Below are positions 26,646 to 36,597 of a stretch of DNA of 64,000 bases, in pieces. The DNA comes from an uncultured Bdellovibrionales bacterium (lineage in GTDB: Bacteria > Patescibacteriota > Minisyncoccia > Moranbacterales > UBA1568). The stretch spans positions 228,824 through 292,823 of the forward strand of contig CAZTBI010000001.1 of the NCBI GenBank assembly GCA_964612055.1. The letters are read 5' to 3'. A model generated the notes under the pieces. The model made no database searches, had not been told where the DNA came from, and saw only the letters and a program-made list of their open reading frames with translations. Numbering within the stretch: the first letter of the stretch is position 1; each line of letters starts with the position of its first letter. The position numbers and the translations under genes are program-made.

Positions 26646-28028
26646 ATGCACTATATTCAAGTTTCACTCCCAGGTATGGCAAGTAAGAACGATCACGTTC
26701 GCGTTCCCCCGCATAACCTCGAAGCCGAAGCCTCGGTGCTTGGTTCGCTGATGCTCGACAAGGACGCCATCATCAAGGTGGCTGATCTTTTGAAGGTGGG
26801 AGATTTTTATAAAGAAGATCACAATCTCATCTACGAAACAATGCTCGCCCTCTATGAAGAGCGTGAGCCAATTGATGTACTCTCACTTTCCAACAAACTG
26901 GAAGAAAAAGGGAAACTGGAACGAGTTGGCGGATCAAGCTACCTGGCATCGCTCGTCAACACCGTTCCTTCTGCAACGAACGTCGTCCACTACGCCAAAG
27001 TCGTTCAGAAAAAAACTCTCCTGAGACGCCTGATCAGTGCAGCGAGTGATATCGTCGAGATGGGTTATGACGAATCCGAAGATGTTCAAAAGCTCCTCGA
27101 TGAAGCCGAACAGAAAGTTTTTGCGGTATCACAAAAGTACATCAAGCAAGACTTCGTGCCCATCAAGTCTATTCTCGAAGTGGCTTTCAATCGTATCGAT
27201 GAACTCCACAAGAGTGATCATGCTTTCCGTGGTGTCCAAACCCACTACCCTGATCTCGACAATCTCTTGGCTGGACTGCAAAAATCTGACCTCCTCATCT
27301 TGGCGGCTCGACCATCGGTTGGAAAAACGACTTTCGCTCTTGATATCGCGCGTCAGGTCGGTGTCCACAGCAAAGTCCCCGTCGGTATCTTCTCCCTCGA
27401 AATGGGCGCCGACCAGCTGGTTGATCGTATGATTGCTGCTCAGGCGGGTGTCGACTTGTGGCGTCTGCGTACTGGCAAACTCTCGAGCGAAGGACCAGGC
27501 AATGACTTTGAAAAAATTTCTGATGCGATGGGAGTACTCTCTGAAGCGCCTATTTTCATTGATGATTCCGGATCACTCAACATCATGGAAATGCGTACCA
27601 TGGCACGACGCCTCCAAGCCGAGCACAACCTGGGCCTCATCATCGTCGACTATCTGCAGCTCATGGAAGGTCGGAGTTCCAAAGGCGATAACCGCGTGCA
27701 AGAAATTTCTGAAATTTCTCGTGGATTGAAGCAGCTAGCTCGTGAACTCAACATCCCGGTCATTGCTCTCTCGCAGCTGTCCCGTGCCGTCGAATCCCGC
27801 CCTGACCAAATACCGAAACTCTCTGACTTGCGTGAATCTGGATCTATCGAACAGGACGCTGACGTCGTTATGTTCCTCTACCGTGAAGACCGCGTGAAAC
27901 CAGATACTCCAAACAAGGGTATTGCCGATGTCATCGTGGCCAAGCACCGTAATGGTCCTGTCGGAAAGATCTCCCTCTACTTTGAAGAAAACTCGACCAC
28001 TTTCAAATCGCTCGAAAAAGCGCACTAG
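26646..28028 (+). CDS. dnaB: Replicative DNA helicase DnaB
   Basis: Walker A GKT, RecA-like C-terminal domain and N-terminal PPHNLEAEASVLG. An AAGGAG SD lies 9 nt upstream of the 26646 ATG; the alternative start is 26676. Confidence 0.9.
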   Translation: MHYIQVSLPGMASKNDHVRVPPHNLEAEASVLGSLMLDKDAIIKVADLLKVGDFYKEDHNLIYETMLALYEEREPIDVLSLSNKLEEKGKLERVGGSSYLASLVNTVPSATNVVHYAKVVQKKTLLRRLISAASDIVEMGYDESEDVQKLLDEAEQKVFAVSQKYIKQDFVPIKSILEVAFNRIDELHKSDHAFRGVQTHYPDLDNLLAGLQKSDLLILAARPSVGKTTFALDIARQVGVHSKVPVGIFSLEMGADQLVDRMIAAQAGVDLWRLRTGKLSSEGPGNDFEKISDAMGVLSEAPIFIDDSGSLNIMEMRTMARRLQAEHNLGLIIVDYLQLMEGRSSKGDNRVQEISEISRGLKQLARELNIPVIALSQLSRAVESRPDQIPKLSDLRESGSIEQDADVVMFLYREDRVKPDTPNKGIADVIVAKHRNGPVGKISLYFEENSTTFKSLEKAH

Positions 28029-28068
28029 ATACCAATAAACAATTAACAGTCGTTGCTTCTTGATTCCT

Positions 28069-28665
28069 ATGCAGTACCCAAAAGCTTTTCAATCGCTTAT
28101 TGCGCATTTCTCTGCCCTGCCGTCCGTTGGCCCGAAGATGGCGGAGCGTATCGTCCTCTACCTCTTCAAACAAGATCCGGAGAAGCTCCAGAACTTTGCT
28201 GAAAGTCTCGAAGAACTCCCCCGACTCAAGAGTTGCACGCGATGTTTTCATATTGCCGAAAAAGAACTCTGTGACATTTGCTCCGATAGTCGTCGCGACA
28301 CCACCGCCTTGTGCGTGGTCGAAGAACCACTCGACGTTATTGCCATCGAACGTTTGGGTATTTACTCTGGCCTGTATCATGTTTTAGGTGGTCTTCTTGA
28401 AACTGGCAAGAATGATAATAGCGGCAATTTACGCATTACCGAGCTCTTACACCGAGTTTCAGGCGACGGTATCGTAGAGGTCATTTTGGCCACCAACCCG
28501 ACGACTGAGGGCGATCTGACCGCTTTATACCTGAAAAAGAAACTTGAGTCTCTCGGGGTCAAAATTACCCGTATGGGACGGGGTCTGGCCACTGGTGGCG
28601 ACATTGAATATGCTGACGAACTTACTTTGAGTGCCGCCTTGACAAATCGCAAGGAACTGGCATAA
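28069..28665 (+). CDS. recR: Recombination protein RecR
   Basis: HhH, a C4 zinc finger (CTRCFHIAEKELCDIC) and a Toprim domain. The ORF-track start at 28060 is a TTG. Confidence 0.85.
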   Translation: MQYPKAFQSLIAHFSALPSVGPKMAERIVLYLFKQDPEKLQNFAESLEELPRLKSCTRCFHIAEKELCDICSDSRRDTTALCVVEEPLDVIAIERLGIYSGLYHVLGGLLETGKNDNSGNLRITELLHRVSGDGIVEVILATNPTTEGDLTALYLKKKLESLGVKITRMGRGLATGGDIEYADELTLSAALTNRKELA

Positions 28666-28703
28666 TTACAAGCATCGTTTTGAACCAAAGCGAAGGAGAC
28701 AGA

Positions 28704-28876
28704 GATGCCAGCAGTTGTTCCAGCATCAATCCCGGTTCCACTGGGAGATCCGCCAATCGACTACGACAGCCTTACCGAGGAAGAACGAAAGAAAGCCCTC
28801 CTCGCCCTTCAAGAAGGGACCGCCTATCCGGAGAACATCTTGCCTCCCACTGGCGTCTCACTTGCCAGCGAGTAAG
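28704..28876 (+). CDS. Small hypothetical protein (57 aa)
   Basis: GAAGGAGA SD. Followed by two terminators. Confidence 0.4.
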
Positions 28877-28951
28877 TCGGCAACCATGTGCAAAAAAATC
28901 AAGAGCGGACCCGAAGCCTCAGGTCCGCCTTTTCATTTTCTTTATTTTAGA

Positions 28952-28986
28952 AATAAAAAACCCGCTCTTGTAAGCGGGTTTTAGAT
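28952..28986. terminator. Bidirectional terminator between the recR side and rplU
   Basis: AAAAAA-CCCGCTCTTGTAAGCGGG-TTTT. Confidence 0.6.
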
Positions 28987-29295
28987 TTAAGCAGAAATCT
29001 TGGTGATCTGTACTTCTGTGTATGGCTGACGGTGTCCGAAACGAACGAGGTAACGCTTCTTTGGCTTGTGCTTCACGCCCTTTACCTTGTCATGACGATC
29101 TTGAGCGACAACTTTGCCCTCAACAACAGCCTTTTCCAATACTGGAGTACCAACATGAGCTACTTTGTCATCACCGACAAAGAGCACTTCAAATTTCACT
29201 ACACCATCAACTTCCGTGTCGAGCTTTTCAATCTTAACCTTGTCCCCTTCGGAGACTTTGTATTGCTTGCCACCAGTTCTGATAATCGCCAACAT
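28987..29295 (-). CDS. rplU: 50S ribosomal protein L21
   Basis: MLAIIRTGGKQYKV, typical of L21. Confidence 0.85.
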   Translation of the reverse strand: MLAIIRTGGKQYKVSEGDKVKIEKLDTEVDGVVKFEVLFVGDDKVAHVGTPVLEKAVVEGKVVAQDRHDKVKGVKHKPKKRYLVRFGHRQPYTEVQITKISA

Positions 29296-29373
29296 ACGCC
29301 AAAAATGAGCCATTTAGATACTTGCCTATTGTACCGGATTTCCCGAGCCCTGTCAAACCTGCTACCTTTCTAT

Positions 29374-30015
29374 TTAATTTTCTTCTTTTTGGACCTTTTT
29401 CAGAATAAGAACTTCTTGCCCAGTCTCTGGCTCAAGAACAAATTCAGATTCCAGTCCTAAATTGTCTACAAAAGCTTTTATTTTGTCCATTTCTCGAATC
29501 TGGTACTCTGGGTCAGAGGGACTCTGTAAGTCTAATTTAGCTTTTCTAAATGGACCAACACGGAACGTTCCTCCATCTTTCAAAACTCGGATGGCTTCTG
29601 GAAGCCACCTTGGATAATTTTCTAGTGAATATGTAGTAACAGCAAAGAGCGAAAGGACTTCATCAAAGCTCTCATCCCCGAAAGGAAGCTGCTCGGCAAT
29701 TCCGGCAACCACCAAAGGAGACTCAGGCAATCTTCCTCCAACGAAAGCTTTTATTTTTTCTTTTCGACTTGGCTGAAGGAACTTTCTTTGTTTTTCGTCA
29801 GCGTAATCAGGACTCATGGATATTACATCCGCTTTAATCCCTGCTTCTTTCATATCCCTTGCAAATCTTGCCTCTGGTCCAGCCCCCAGATCTAAGACTA
29901 CTTTTCCTTCCAAAGAATTTCTTTTAAAAGCAAGAAATCGCTCGTAATCATCAATACCTCTTCCTTTTTCTGGACCCTTCTCAATCGATCCTTTCCACGC
30001 TGGAGTCTCAAACAT
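29374..30015 (-). CDS. Class I SAM-dependent methyltransferase
   Basis: VLDLGAGPE motif I. Start chosen to avoid overlap with alaS. Confidence 0.6.
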   Translation of the reverse strand: MFETPAWKGSIEKGPEKGRGIDDYERFLAFKRNSLEGKVVLDLGAGPEARFARDMKEAGIKADVISMSPDYADEKQRKFLQPSRKEKIKAFVGGRLPESPLVVAGIAEQLPFGDESFDEVLSLFAVTTYSLENYPRWLPEAIRVLKDGGTFRVGPFRKAKLDLQSPSDPEYQIREMDKIKAFVDNLGLESEFVLEPETGQEVLILKKVQKEEN

Positions 30016-30019
30016 ACTA

Positions 30020-31921
30020 TTATTGTAAGATCGCTTTGATCCGGCGGACACCGGCCGAAGAGGCTTCTTCCTTGATAATCTTAAACTTCCCAAAGAGGGC
30101 TATATCAGCCGTCGTCGTGACATGTGGCCCACCGCAGAGTTCACGGGAATAGACCTTACCATCTGGTGCCTCTACCTGGTACACCGTCACTTTATCTGGA
30201 TATTTCTCCCAGAAACTTCCTTCGACGCCAGCGGCTTTGGCTGCATCTTTGTCCATTACTACTGTCCCGACTGTCGCCTGAGCAGCGATCGCCTCATTTA
30301 CGTAAGCTTCCACACGATCTAATATTTCTCGTGAGACTTTTTCTCCATAGGTGAAGTCGAACCGAGTGCGTTCTTCCGTAATATTGGATCCTGCTTGATG
30401 AACATCTGGTCCAAGCTCTTTGCGCAGTGCCGCAAGCATAAGATGGGTAGCTGTATGAAGCGCCGTCACCTTGACACTATGATCTGCTAGCCCGCCCTTG
30501 AATTTCCCAGCACTCGCCGTGCGAGAGAGGTCCTGATGTTTCTTAAATTCCTCACGAAAGGCCGCTTCATCAATAACCACTCCTTGCTCCTTGGCAAGTT
30601 CTTGAGTCATTTCAAGAGGAAAGCCGTAGGTAGATAGAAGATCGAAAGCATCCTTTCCAGTAAGAGCACCACTCTCTGTACGGCGCCCCAATTCTTTCAA
30701 CCCCTTCGAAAGCGTAGTTCGAAATTTTGTTTCCTCCTGAATCAGAGCTTCTGTAATAAAAGGTTTTTTCTCTGACAAGTTTGGATACGCTTCTTTGTAT
30801 GAACTAATAAAATCTTCTGCTAGAGCTGCCGCAAAGGACGTTTCTACTCCAAGAGCATCACTGTAGCGAATAGCACGACGAATCAAGCGGCGAACAAAGT
30901 AACCCTGATCCTTATTGGATGGCAAAACCCCATCTCCGATCAAGAAAATAGCAGCCCGCACATGATCCAAGACAACTCTCATAGCATAGGTAGTCCGTTC
31001 ATCGCTTCCATATGTTTTCCCAGAAAGTTTCTCTAGTGCTGTACGTGGGATATCGAAAAGTGGAATCATGAAGACATCAGGATTGTCTCGCAAGGCAGCA
31101 TCTATCCGTTCCAGTCCACCACCAAAGTCGACGTTTTGCTGAGCAAGTTTTTCAAAACCGGTAGCGGTCTTTTTGTACTCCATGAACACGTTGTTGCCGA
31201 TTTCCATGAAGCGGCCGCAATCACAATTCACATGACACGCTTCATCTTTCCACTGAGAAACTTCGTGAAGTCCTCGCTCAATACCGAAATCCCAGAACAT
31301 CTCCGTGTCTGGTCCGCCAGGTTCACCAACCGGCATATTCCCTGGTACACCAGCGCGACTCCACCAGTTCTTCTTTTCTGAATAGTAAAAGATGTGTTCC
31401 CCTTCACGCATACCATCTTGCTCTGGATTCTCCCCAATAGTCACCTCGATACCAACTTCTTTGAAAAGTGCCTGCCATTTTTCGGCTGACTCGGTATCTT
31501 TCGGAATGCCAAGCTCATCATTGCCACGGAAACAGGTAAAGTAGAGCTTCTTGGGATCGAGACCAAGCTCTTTCGTCAAAAACTCCCACATGAACGCGAT
31601 TTGCTCTTGTTTGAAATAATCACCAAAAGACCAGTTGCCGAGCATTTCGAAGAACGTGGTGTGACGATTGTCTCCAACCTCTTCAATGTCCTGACTACGG
31701 AAACACTTCTGCGAATCAGTGATACGCGTTCCCAACGGATGCTTCTCACCGAGAAGATACGGTACAATTGGCTGCATCCCAGAGCCAGTGAAAAGCGTGG
31801 TCGGGTCATTTTCTGGCACAAGCAAAGCAGAGGGAACAATCACGTGCCCTTTACTTTGGAAAAATTCGAGATACTTCTGTCGGATGTCGTTCGTATGCAT
31901 ACCCGGTGGTAATACTTTCAC
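30020..31921 (-). CDS. alaS: Alanyl-tRNA synthetase, short form (633 aa, no C-Ala domain)
   Basis: Class II catalytic core and an editing-domain HxxxH (HTATHLM), ending ...VRRIKAILQ. Confidence 0.85.
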   Translation of the reverse strand: MKVLPPGMHTNDIRQKYLEFFQSKGHVIVPSALLVPENDPTTLFTGSGMQPIVPYLLGEKHPLGTRITDSQKCFRSQDIEEVGDNRHTTFFEMLGNWSFGDYFKQEQIAFMWEFLTKELGLDPKKLYFTCFRGNDELGIPKDTESAEKWQALFKEVGIEVTIGENPEQDGMREGEHIFYYSEKKNWWSRAGVPGNMPVGEPGGPDTEMFWDFGIERGLHEVSQWKDEACHVNCDCGRFMEIGNNVFMEYKKTATGFEKLAQQNVDFGGGLERIDAALRDNPDVFMIPLFDIPRTALEKLSGKTYGSDERTTYAMRVVLDHVRAAIFLIGDGVLPSNKDQGYFVRRLIRRAIRYSDALGVETSFAAALAEDFISSYKEAYPNLSEKKPFITEALIQEETKFRTTLSKGLKELGRRTESGALTGKDAFDLLSTYGFPLEMTQELAKEQGVVIDEAAFREEFKKHQDLSRTASAGKFKGGLADHSVKVTALHTATHLMLAALRKELGPDVHQAGSNITEERTRFDFTYGEKVSREILDRVEAYVNEAIAAQATVGTVVMDKDAAKAAGVEGSFWEKYPDKVTVYQVEAPDGKVYSRELCGGPHVTTTADIALFGKFKIIKEEASSAGVRRIKAILQ

Positions 31922-31993
31922 TATTCTTAAAAATTGTAATCTTAGAGCATATCAGTTTACTTGCCTGGTGAAAGTTTTCCCACCGGGCATAGA

Positions 31994-32254
31994 CTACAGT
32001 GCGTTCATTTTTTTCTTCAGCTGGGAAATTTCTCCATCGACATCAAAAATATTCCGATCCAGAGCGGCCAGAGCGGCTTCCTTTTCTTCTTTCTCAGATT
32101 CTAAACGGGAGATATCTTTTTTACAACGAGTCACCTCCGCCTGAATCGCCTCTTTCTTTCTTTCGAGGCTTCTTTTCTCTCCCTCAAAAGAAAATACCTC
32201 TGTCTCGAGACGTCGTCGCTCCCCTGCTTTGTTGCCAGTGTTTTCGTCATTCAT
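31994..32254 (-). CDS. Small coiled-coil hypothetical protein
   Basis: 86-aa charged, heptad-like sequence. Confidence 0.35.
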   Translation of the reverse strand: MNDENTGNKAGERRRLETEVFSFEGEKRSLERKKEAIQAEVTRCKKDISRLESEKEEKEAALAALDRNIFDVDGEISQLKKKMNAL

Positions 32255-32325
32255 AGAGGAAATACTTACGTTTCCGATACCCGATGATACCAGAAGAAAA
32301 GAAGAAAATCAATCCCGCACCTTGC

Positions 32326-34224
32326 TTATTCTACGCTCCCAGGGGCCACTATGATTGTCACTCGACTCTTGGCAGTCGGGATAGAAGAAGAGAACCACTG
32401 AGGCTTGAAGGTGATCTCGACTTTTTTGATTTCCGGAAAAGAACCAAGAAGACTATTGATTTCGGCAGTATTCTTCCCCAAAATCCCGTTCAAAAGTTTT
32501 TCCTTGTCGATCACCGACTCGGAATCAACAACCGCGTGTACTTTGAGACGTATTTTTTTGGCATCGTAGTCAGGAATAGCTTCACCATAGGAAAGAGTAA
32601 CCGTCGTTGGCCGGAAGGTCACGCCGTCAAGCTTTTGCTCACCGTTTTCAATGATTTTCTGCTTAATAGCATCTTCAGAGAAGATAAAGCCTCGTACTTT
32701 AAAAGTATTCTTATACTCAAAGGAAGTAGCTACCGTACCAGAAAGTGGTAGGGCTATATTTCCAAGAGCCACAATATCGAGGTTCTCCTCGAGCACCCGC
32801 TCACCAGAGAGGAGTTCTCCCTTCACTGAGTTCAGATAGGCTTCTTTGACTTTTGCTTTGGCCTGATTCTCAGCTTTTTCGAGATCTTCTTTGGAAATAA
32901 CACGGAGGTCTGCACCACTAGCATCCCCTCCACCAGACATCGCTTTGCTCGACTCCGCAGAAAACTTCTCATATTTCACACTTCCCTTGAAACCAGGGAT
33001 AGTAAACTTGGTAGCGGCAATATTGTACCCCACCCCGACCTGATCAGCTATCACAGAAGCTTCGATAACTCCTGGTTGACTGTTGGTCATACCAGGCACC
33101 ACCACGCCACTGGTCAGACGAAATATCTTGCCATCCGGTGCCTCGAGACGCGTGGTCGCTACCAATGACTGCGATTCTGTACTGAAGCGGTTGGAAATAA
33201 CAACCGTCCCATGAGCTTTCTGGGCTGTCCCGAGAGACGCGCCCGTAGCATCGACCGAAAAGACGACTTCCTGTTGTTTCTCAACTAAGCGAACTGGCAA
33301 AATATTCTCTTCCGCAAGAACGCCTTCGGAACGACCATCAAACTGGAGATCGACACCCTGCGTAGTTTTGTACGGGATGACTCGAACCTCTGCTTTTGGC
33401 AAGAAGAGAAATAACAGCACGCCGACAAGAGAAAGGAACGACACTCCTCCGAGAAGGAGGAAGATGCCGCCAACCTTTTTTGATCCTACAGCAATTTTTG
33501 GCTTCGTATCAGGGCGGTTTCTCACGACTGGAGCGCTCTGCGGCATAACTGCCTTACGATCTGCCGAGAAAAAGTTTTTCAACCGCTCTTCCCTGTTATC
33601 CGTAGGTACACTTCCCATACTCGAAGCCACTTCTTTTTGAGAGGGCACATACGAAGGAGTCATCATTGTCCGCATCGGCTTTGGAGCTATCGGCTGCTGT
33701 CTCTGTGCCTGTTCTTCAACCCGCTTAGAATTGAGACTGGTCTGCTGCAAAGGAGAAGCGTTTCGCACTCTGAGAGCCTGAGGCTGAGGAGCCTGAGTTT
33801 GCTTGATCTCTCGACGTATGCCGTTTTCTCCACTTCCAGTATAAAAATCACTGCTCCCTAATTCTTCGGACCGAGGAGCATTTTGTTCGGCATTCAAAAT
33901 CTTGGCTGGCGCCTTTTTCTCACCCTCAGATGAAACAACCATCTCCATGTGAGTAGCTTTACGAGAAAAATCATCCGTATAGTGTTCGGTAGCGAGGCCA
34001 GCTTTTTCAGCGAGCGCTTTCCCTGTCTCGTCTTGAGTAACCACGATAACTTTTTTCCCTAATTTTTCAGCCTCTCTCTGAAACAAACGGAGATTGATGA
34101 TACTTTGCAGTACCAATGAGCGCTTCGGGAAAATAAAATAATTCTCCTCGGAAGACGAGTGACGGAGACGGCCGATGACTGAGATAATCTCTTCGTCATT
34201 TTCGATATAAAATGTCTGTGGCAT
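32326..34224 (-). CDS. Large bitopic membrane protein (cytoplasmic N-domain, one TM, about 370-aa external domain); hypothetical
   Basis: 632-aa ORF immediately downstream of the FtsA-like gene. Confidence 0.45.
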   Translation of the reverse strand: MPQTFYIENDEEIISVIGRLRHSSSEENYFIFPKRSLVLQSIINLRLFQREAEKLGKKVIVVTQDETGKALAEKAGLATEHYTDDFSRKATHMEMVVSSEGEKKAPAKILNAEQNAPRSEELGSSDFYTGSGENGIRREIKQTQAPQPQALRVRNASPLQQTSLNSKRVEEQAQRQQPIAPKPMRTMMTPSYVPSQKEVASSMGSVPTDNREERLKNFFSADRKAVMPQSAPVVRNRPDTKPKIAVGSKKVGGIFLLLGGVSFLSLVGVLLFLFLPKAEVRVIPYKTTQGVDLQFDGRSEGVLAEENILPVRLVEKQQEVVFSVDATGASLGTAQKAHGTVVISNRFSTESQSLVATTRLEAPDGKIFRLTSGVVVPGMTNSQPGVIEASVIADQVGVGYNIAATKFTIPGFKGSVKYEKFSAESSKAMSGGGDASGADLRVISKEDLEKAENQAKAKVKEAYLNSVKGELLSGERVLEENLDIVALGNIALPLSGTVATSFEYKNTFKVRGFIFSEDAIKQKIIENGEQKLDGVTFRPTTVTLSYGEAIPDYDAKKIRLKVHAVVDSESVIDKEKLLNGILGKNTAEINSLLGSFPEIKKVEITFKPQWFSSSIPTAKSRVTIIVAPGSVE

Positions 34225-34235
34225 AGGGATGGAAA

Positions 34236-35492
34236 TTATTTTTTCTCAAGTGACTCCATACTGCGACGTAAAATACTGGAAAGCATCTTTTCTTCTTCGA
34301 CGGAATCAAGGAGAGCAAGGTGCGCCAAACCAATCGGTGTCATATCCTGCGGATTATTTAGTTCTCCGGTGGTATCAGTAATACGAGCGACGTCACGAGG
34401 CTGTAGGAAAGAAACTTGCGGGACTTTTGGGAAAGGAAAGGTAGACCACTCTTGTGAAAGCAGTGCTTGTTTGATACCTGGCAACGCTGAACCACCACCA
34501 CAGAGGAAAATACGAGGTGGGAGCAGGTCTGTCTCAGCAAATTCAAGGAGCGAAAGCTCCACTCCACCGAGCCAGATACGACAGTCATCAGCAAACAAAG
34601 CGGCGATACGGCCTGCTTCTTCACTTTTCAAACGGCCATTGGCATAGTCTATCTTCATCCGTTCGGCGACATCGAAATTGACCTGAAATTCCTGCATCAA
34701 ACGCTTGGTAAAAGCACGACCACCCAAAGCAAACATCTTGGTCCCTTCCAGTCCGCCATTGCGCACCACAGCAATATCAGTGGTTCCTCCTCCAATATCA
34801 ATGAAGATAGCGCTGAAATCGAGCATATCAGCCACTTCTATGGAACGAGCTACCGCATACGGCTCAGCGGCCACAGAGAGAAGATCAAGCCCAAGCTCAT
34901 CGGCAATGGTTTCGAGAGCACCCAAGTGCACCATAGGCGCGTAAGCATTGAAAACGCTCATGGAGACCTCTCTCCCCTGGAAATCAACTGGATTGACTAC
35001 TGGATAGCCATCAATCCGGACATCGACGATGGCGGCATTGATCAATTTGACGTCGATATCATCCTTCCCCATTTCCCAGGCCAGCTGGCGACGAATACGC
35101 TCATAGGCTTTTTCCTGCACCTTTTGGATAATCATCTTGAGCTCTGGAACCCCAATGTGCATTTCTGGATTAACGCGTTCATAGTGCACCGTCGTCGTCG
35201 TTCCTTTGACAAGCTCGCCTGCAATACCGATGATACTTTTCTCTACTCGCTTGACCCCGGCTTTTTCTTTGGCCAAAGCAATGGCCTGACGTGATGATTC
35301 AATCACCCCACTAATATCAGAAACAGCACCGCTTTGCATATTCCCCATTCTCTGCACCACTCGACCGACACCGATAACCACACCGCGTCGTTCTTGTTTC
35401 TCGATACGAAGAATAAGCGCTTTGACAACTTCGGTTCCTATATCCAAAGCAAGCACCAAATCAGATTCCTGTTTAAAGGAGAATAACCCCAT
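34236..35492 (-). CDS. Actin-like ATPase, FtsA/PilM family
   Basis: LALDIGTEVVKALI, FIDIGGGTTDIAV and LCGGGSALPGI phosphate-binding motifs. Confidence 0.65.
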   Translation of the reverse strand: MGLFSFKQESDLVLALDIGTEVVKALILRIEKQERRGVVIGVGRVVQRMGNMQSGAVSDISGVIESSRQAIALAKEKAGVKRVEKSIIGIAGELVKGTTTTVHYERVNPEMHIGVPELKMIIQKVQEKAYERIRRQLAWEMGKDDIDVKLINAAIVDVRIDGYPVVNPVDFQGREVSMSVFNAYAPMVHLGALETIADELGLDLLSVAAEPYAVARSIEVADMLDFSAIFIDIGGGTTDIAVVRNGGLEGTKMFALGGRAFTKRLMQEFQVNFDVAERMKIDYANGRLKSEEAGRIAALFADDCRIWLGGVELSLLEFAETDLLPPRIFLCGGGSALPGIKQALLSQEWSTFPFPKVPQVSFLQPRDVARITDTTGELNNPQDMTPIGLAHLALLDSVEEEKMLSSILRRSMESLEKK

Positions 35493-35558
35493 AAAAAATC
35501 TTTGTGTTTTCTTTACGCTTCATCTCTCTTATTATACACGAGTGAGCGATAAAAGACC

Positions 35559-36587
35559 TTAGCGGAGACGTTTCGGAGTAATCTTGGCAGAAATTTCTTC
35601 CATCTCATGAGGAGTGAGCAGTCCTTCTACTGCACCATAAAAACCGACAACGCTGCCACTGTTGGCTATTCCATATTGGAGAGCTCGTGAAAGAGGCTTC
35701 CCAGTTAGGTGTGCTGCAAAGAATCCTGATCCAAAGGCATCCCCGGCGCCCGTGCTATCAACCACCTTGATTCTGGTATGAATCGGGCAGTGCCAGTATT
35801 CTTTTCCGTCATACCCCCACGATCCCCTCTTACCATCTGTCATACCGATGCATTTCACGCCAGTCTGAGCTAATTTCTCCAGAAGAAACAATTCGTCGTC
35901 GAGCTCTGCGTTCGTCGGTTTCGGCGTTGACTGCAGGAGCAGTTCGATAGCTTCATCCTTGTTGAGAAGCAAAAGATCGACTGATGGAAGCGTGTCAAAA
36001 ATACGTTTCGGATTCTCTTTGATGTTGTGCTGACCAGGATTAAGAGCAAGCTTCAGGCCAAATTTTTCCTTGGCCGAAAGAAGAGTGTCCATGTTTGTTT
36101 CCCAATTACCATTCAAGGCACTGACGAAAAGCCACTTGGCACCACGAAGTTTTGCTTCCTCAACTACCAAACGTTCGTTGGCATCACGGTTATGAAAAAT
36201 CGTCCGTTCACCATTTTGAGTGAGAACGATGATGGCCGAGAGATCAGTCCTGGCATCAGTCTGCTGACACACGAGATTGGTCAACACGCCCTCTTCTTCA
36301 AACTCCTTGAGCAAAATCTTTCCAAGCGCATCGCCTCCGACACAGCTATACGGAGCGACCTGATGACCTAATCGTGCCAGTCCCACGGAAACATTGGCCG
36401 CGACTCCACCGATGGCTTCGTAGCGATCAGCCACTCGGTACTTTCCCCCAAGTTCAAACGCAATTTTCTCCTTGGCAGTAATATCTTCTGGGGTTTCGAG
36501 TATCGTTCCTTCGTCGGTCGGAAAAAAAATATCCTGTGAAGTAGAACCGATACAAATGACCTCTGGATTTTTCGTGCCGAACCACAT
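35559..36587 (-). CDS. PfkB family sugar kinase
   Basis: DSTGAGDAFGSGF motif. Start at MWFGTKNPEVICIGS, which abuts the eno stop. Confidence 0.7.
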   Translation of the reverse strand: MWFGTKNPEVICIGSTSQDIFFPTDEGTILETPEDITAKEKIAFELGGKYRVADRYEAIGGVAANVSVGLARLGHQVAPYSCVGGDALGKILLKEFEEEGVLTNLVCQQTDARTDLSAIIVLTQNGERTIFHNRDANERLVVEEAKLRGAKWLFVSALNGNWETNMDTLLSAKEKFGLKLALNPGQHNIKENPKRIFDTLPSVDLLLLNKDEAIELLLQSTPKPTNAELDDELFLLEKLAQTGVKCIGMTDGKRGSWGYDGKEYWHCPIHTRIKVVDSTGAGDAFGSGFFAAHLTGKPLSRALQYGIANSGSVVGFYGAVEGLLTPHEMEEISAKITPKRLR

Positions 36588-36597
36588 AAAGAAATGT

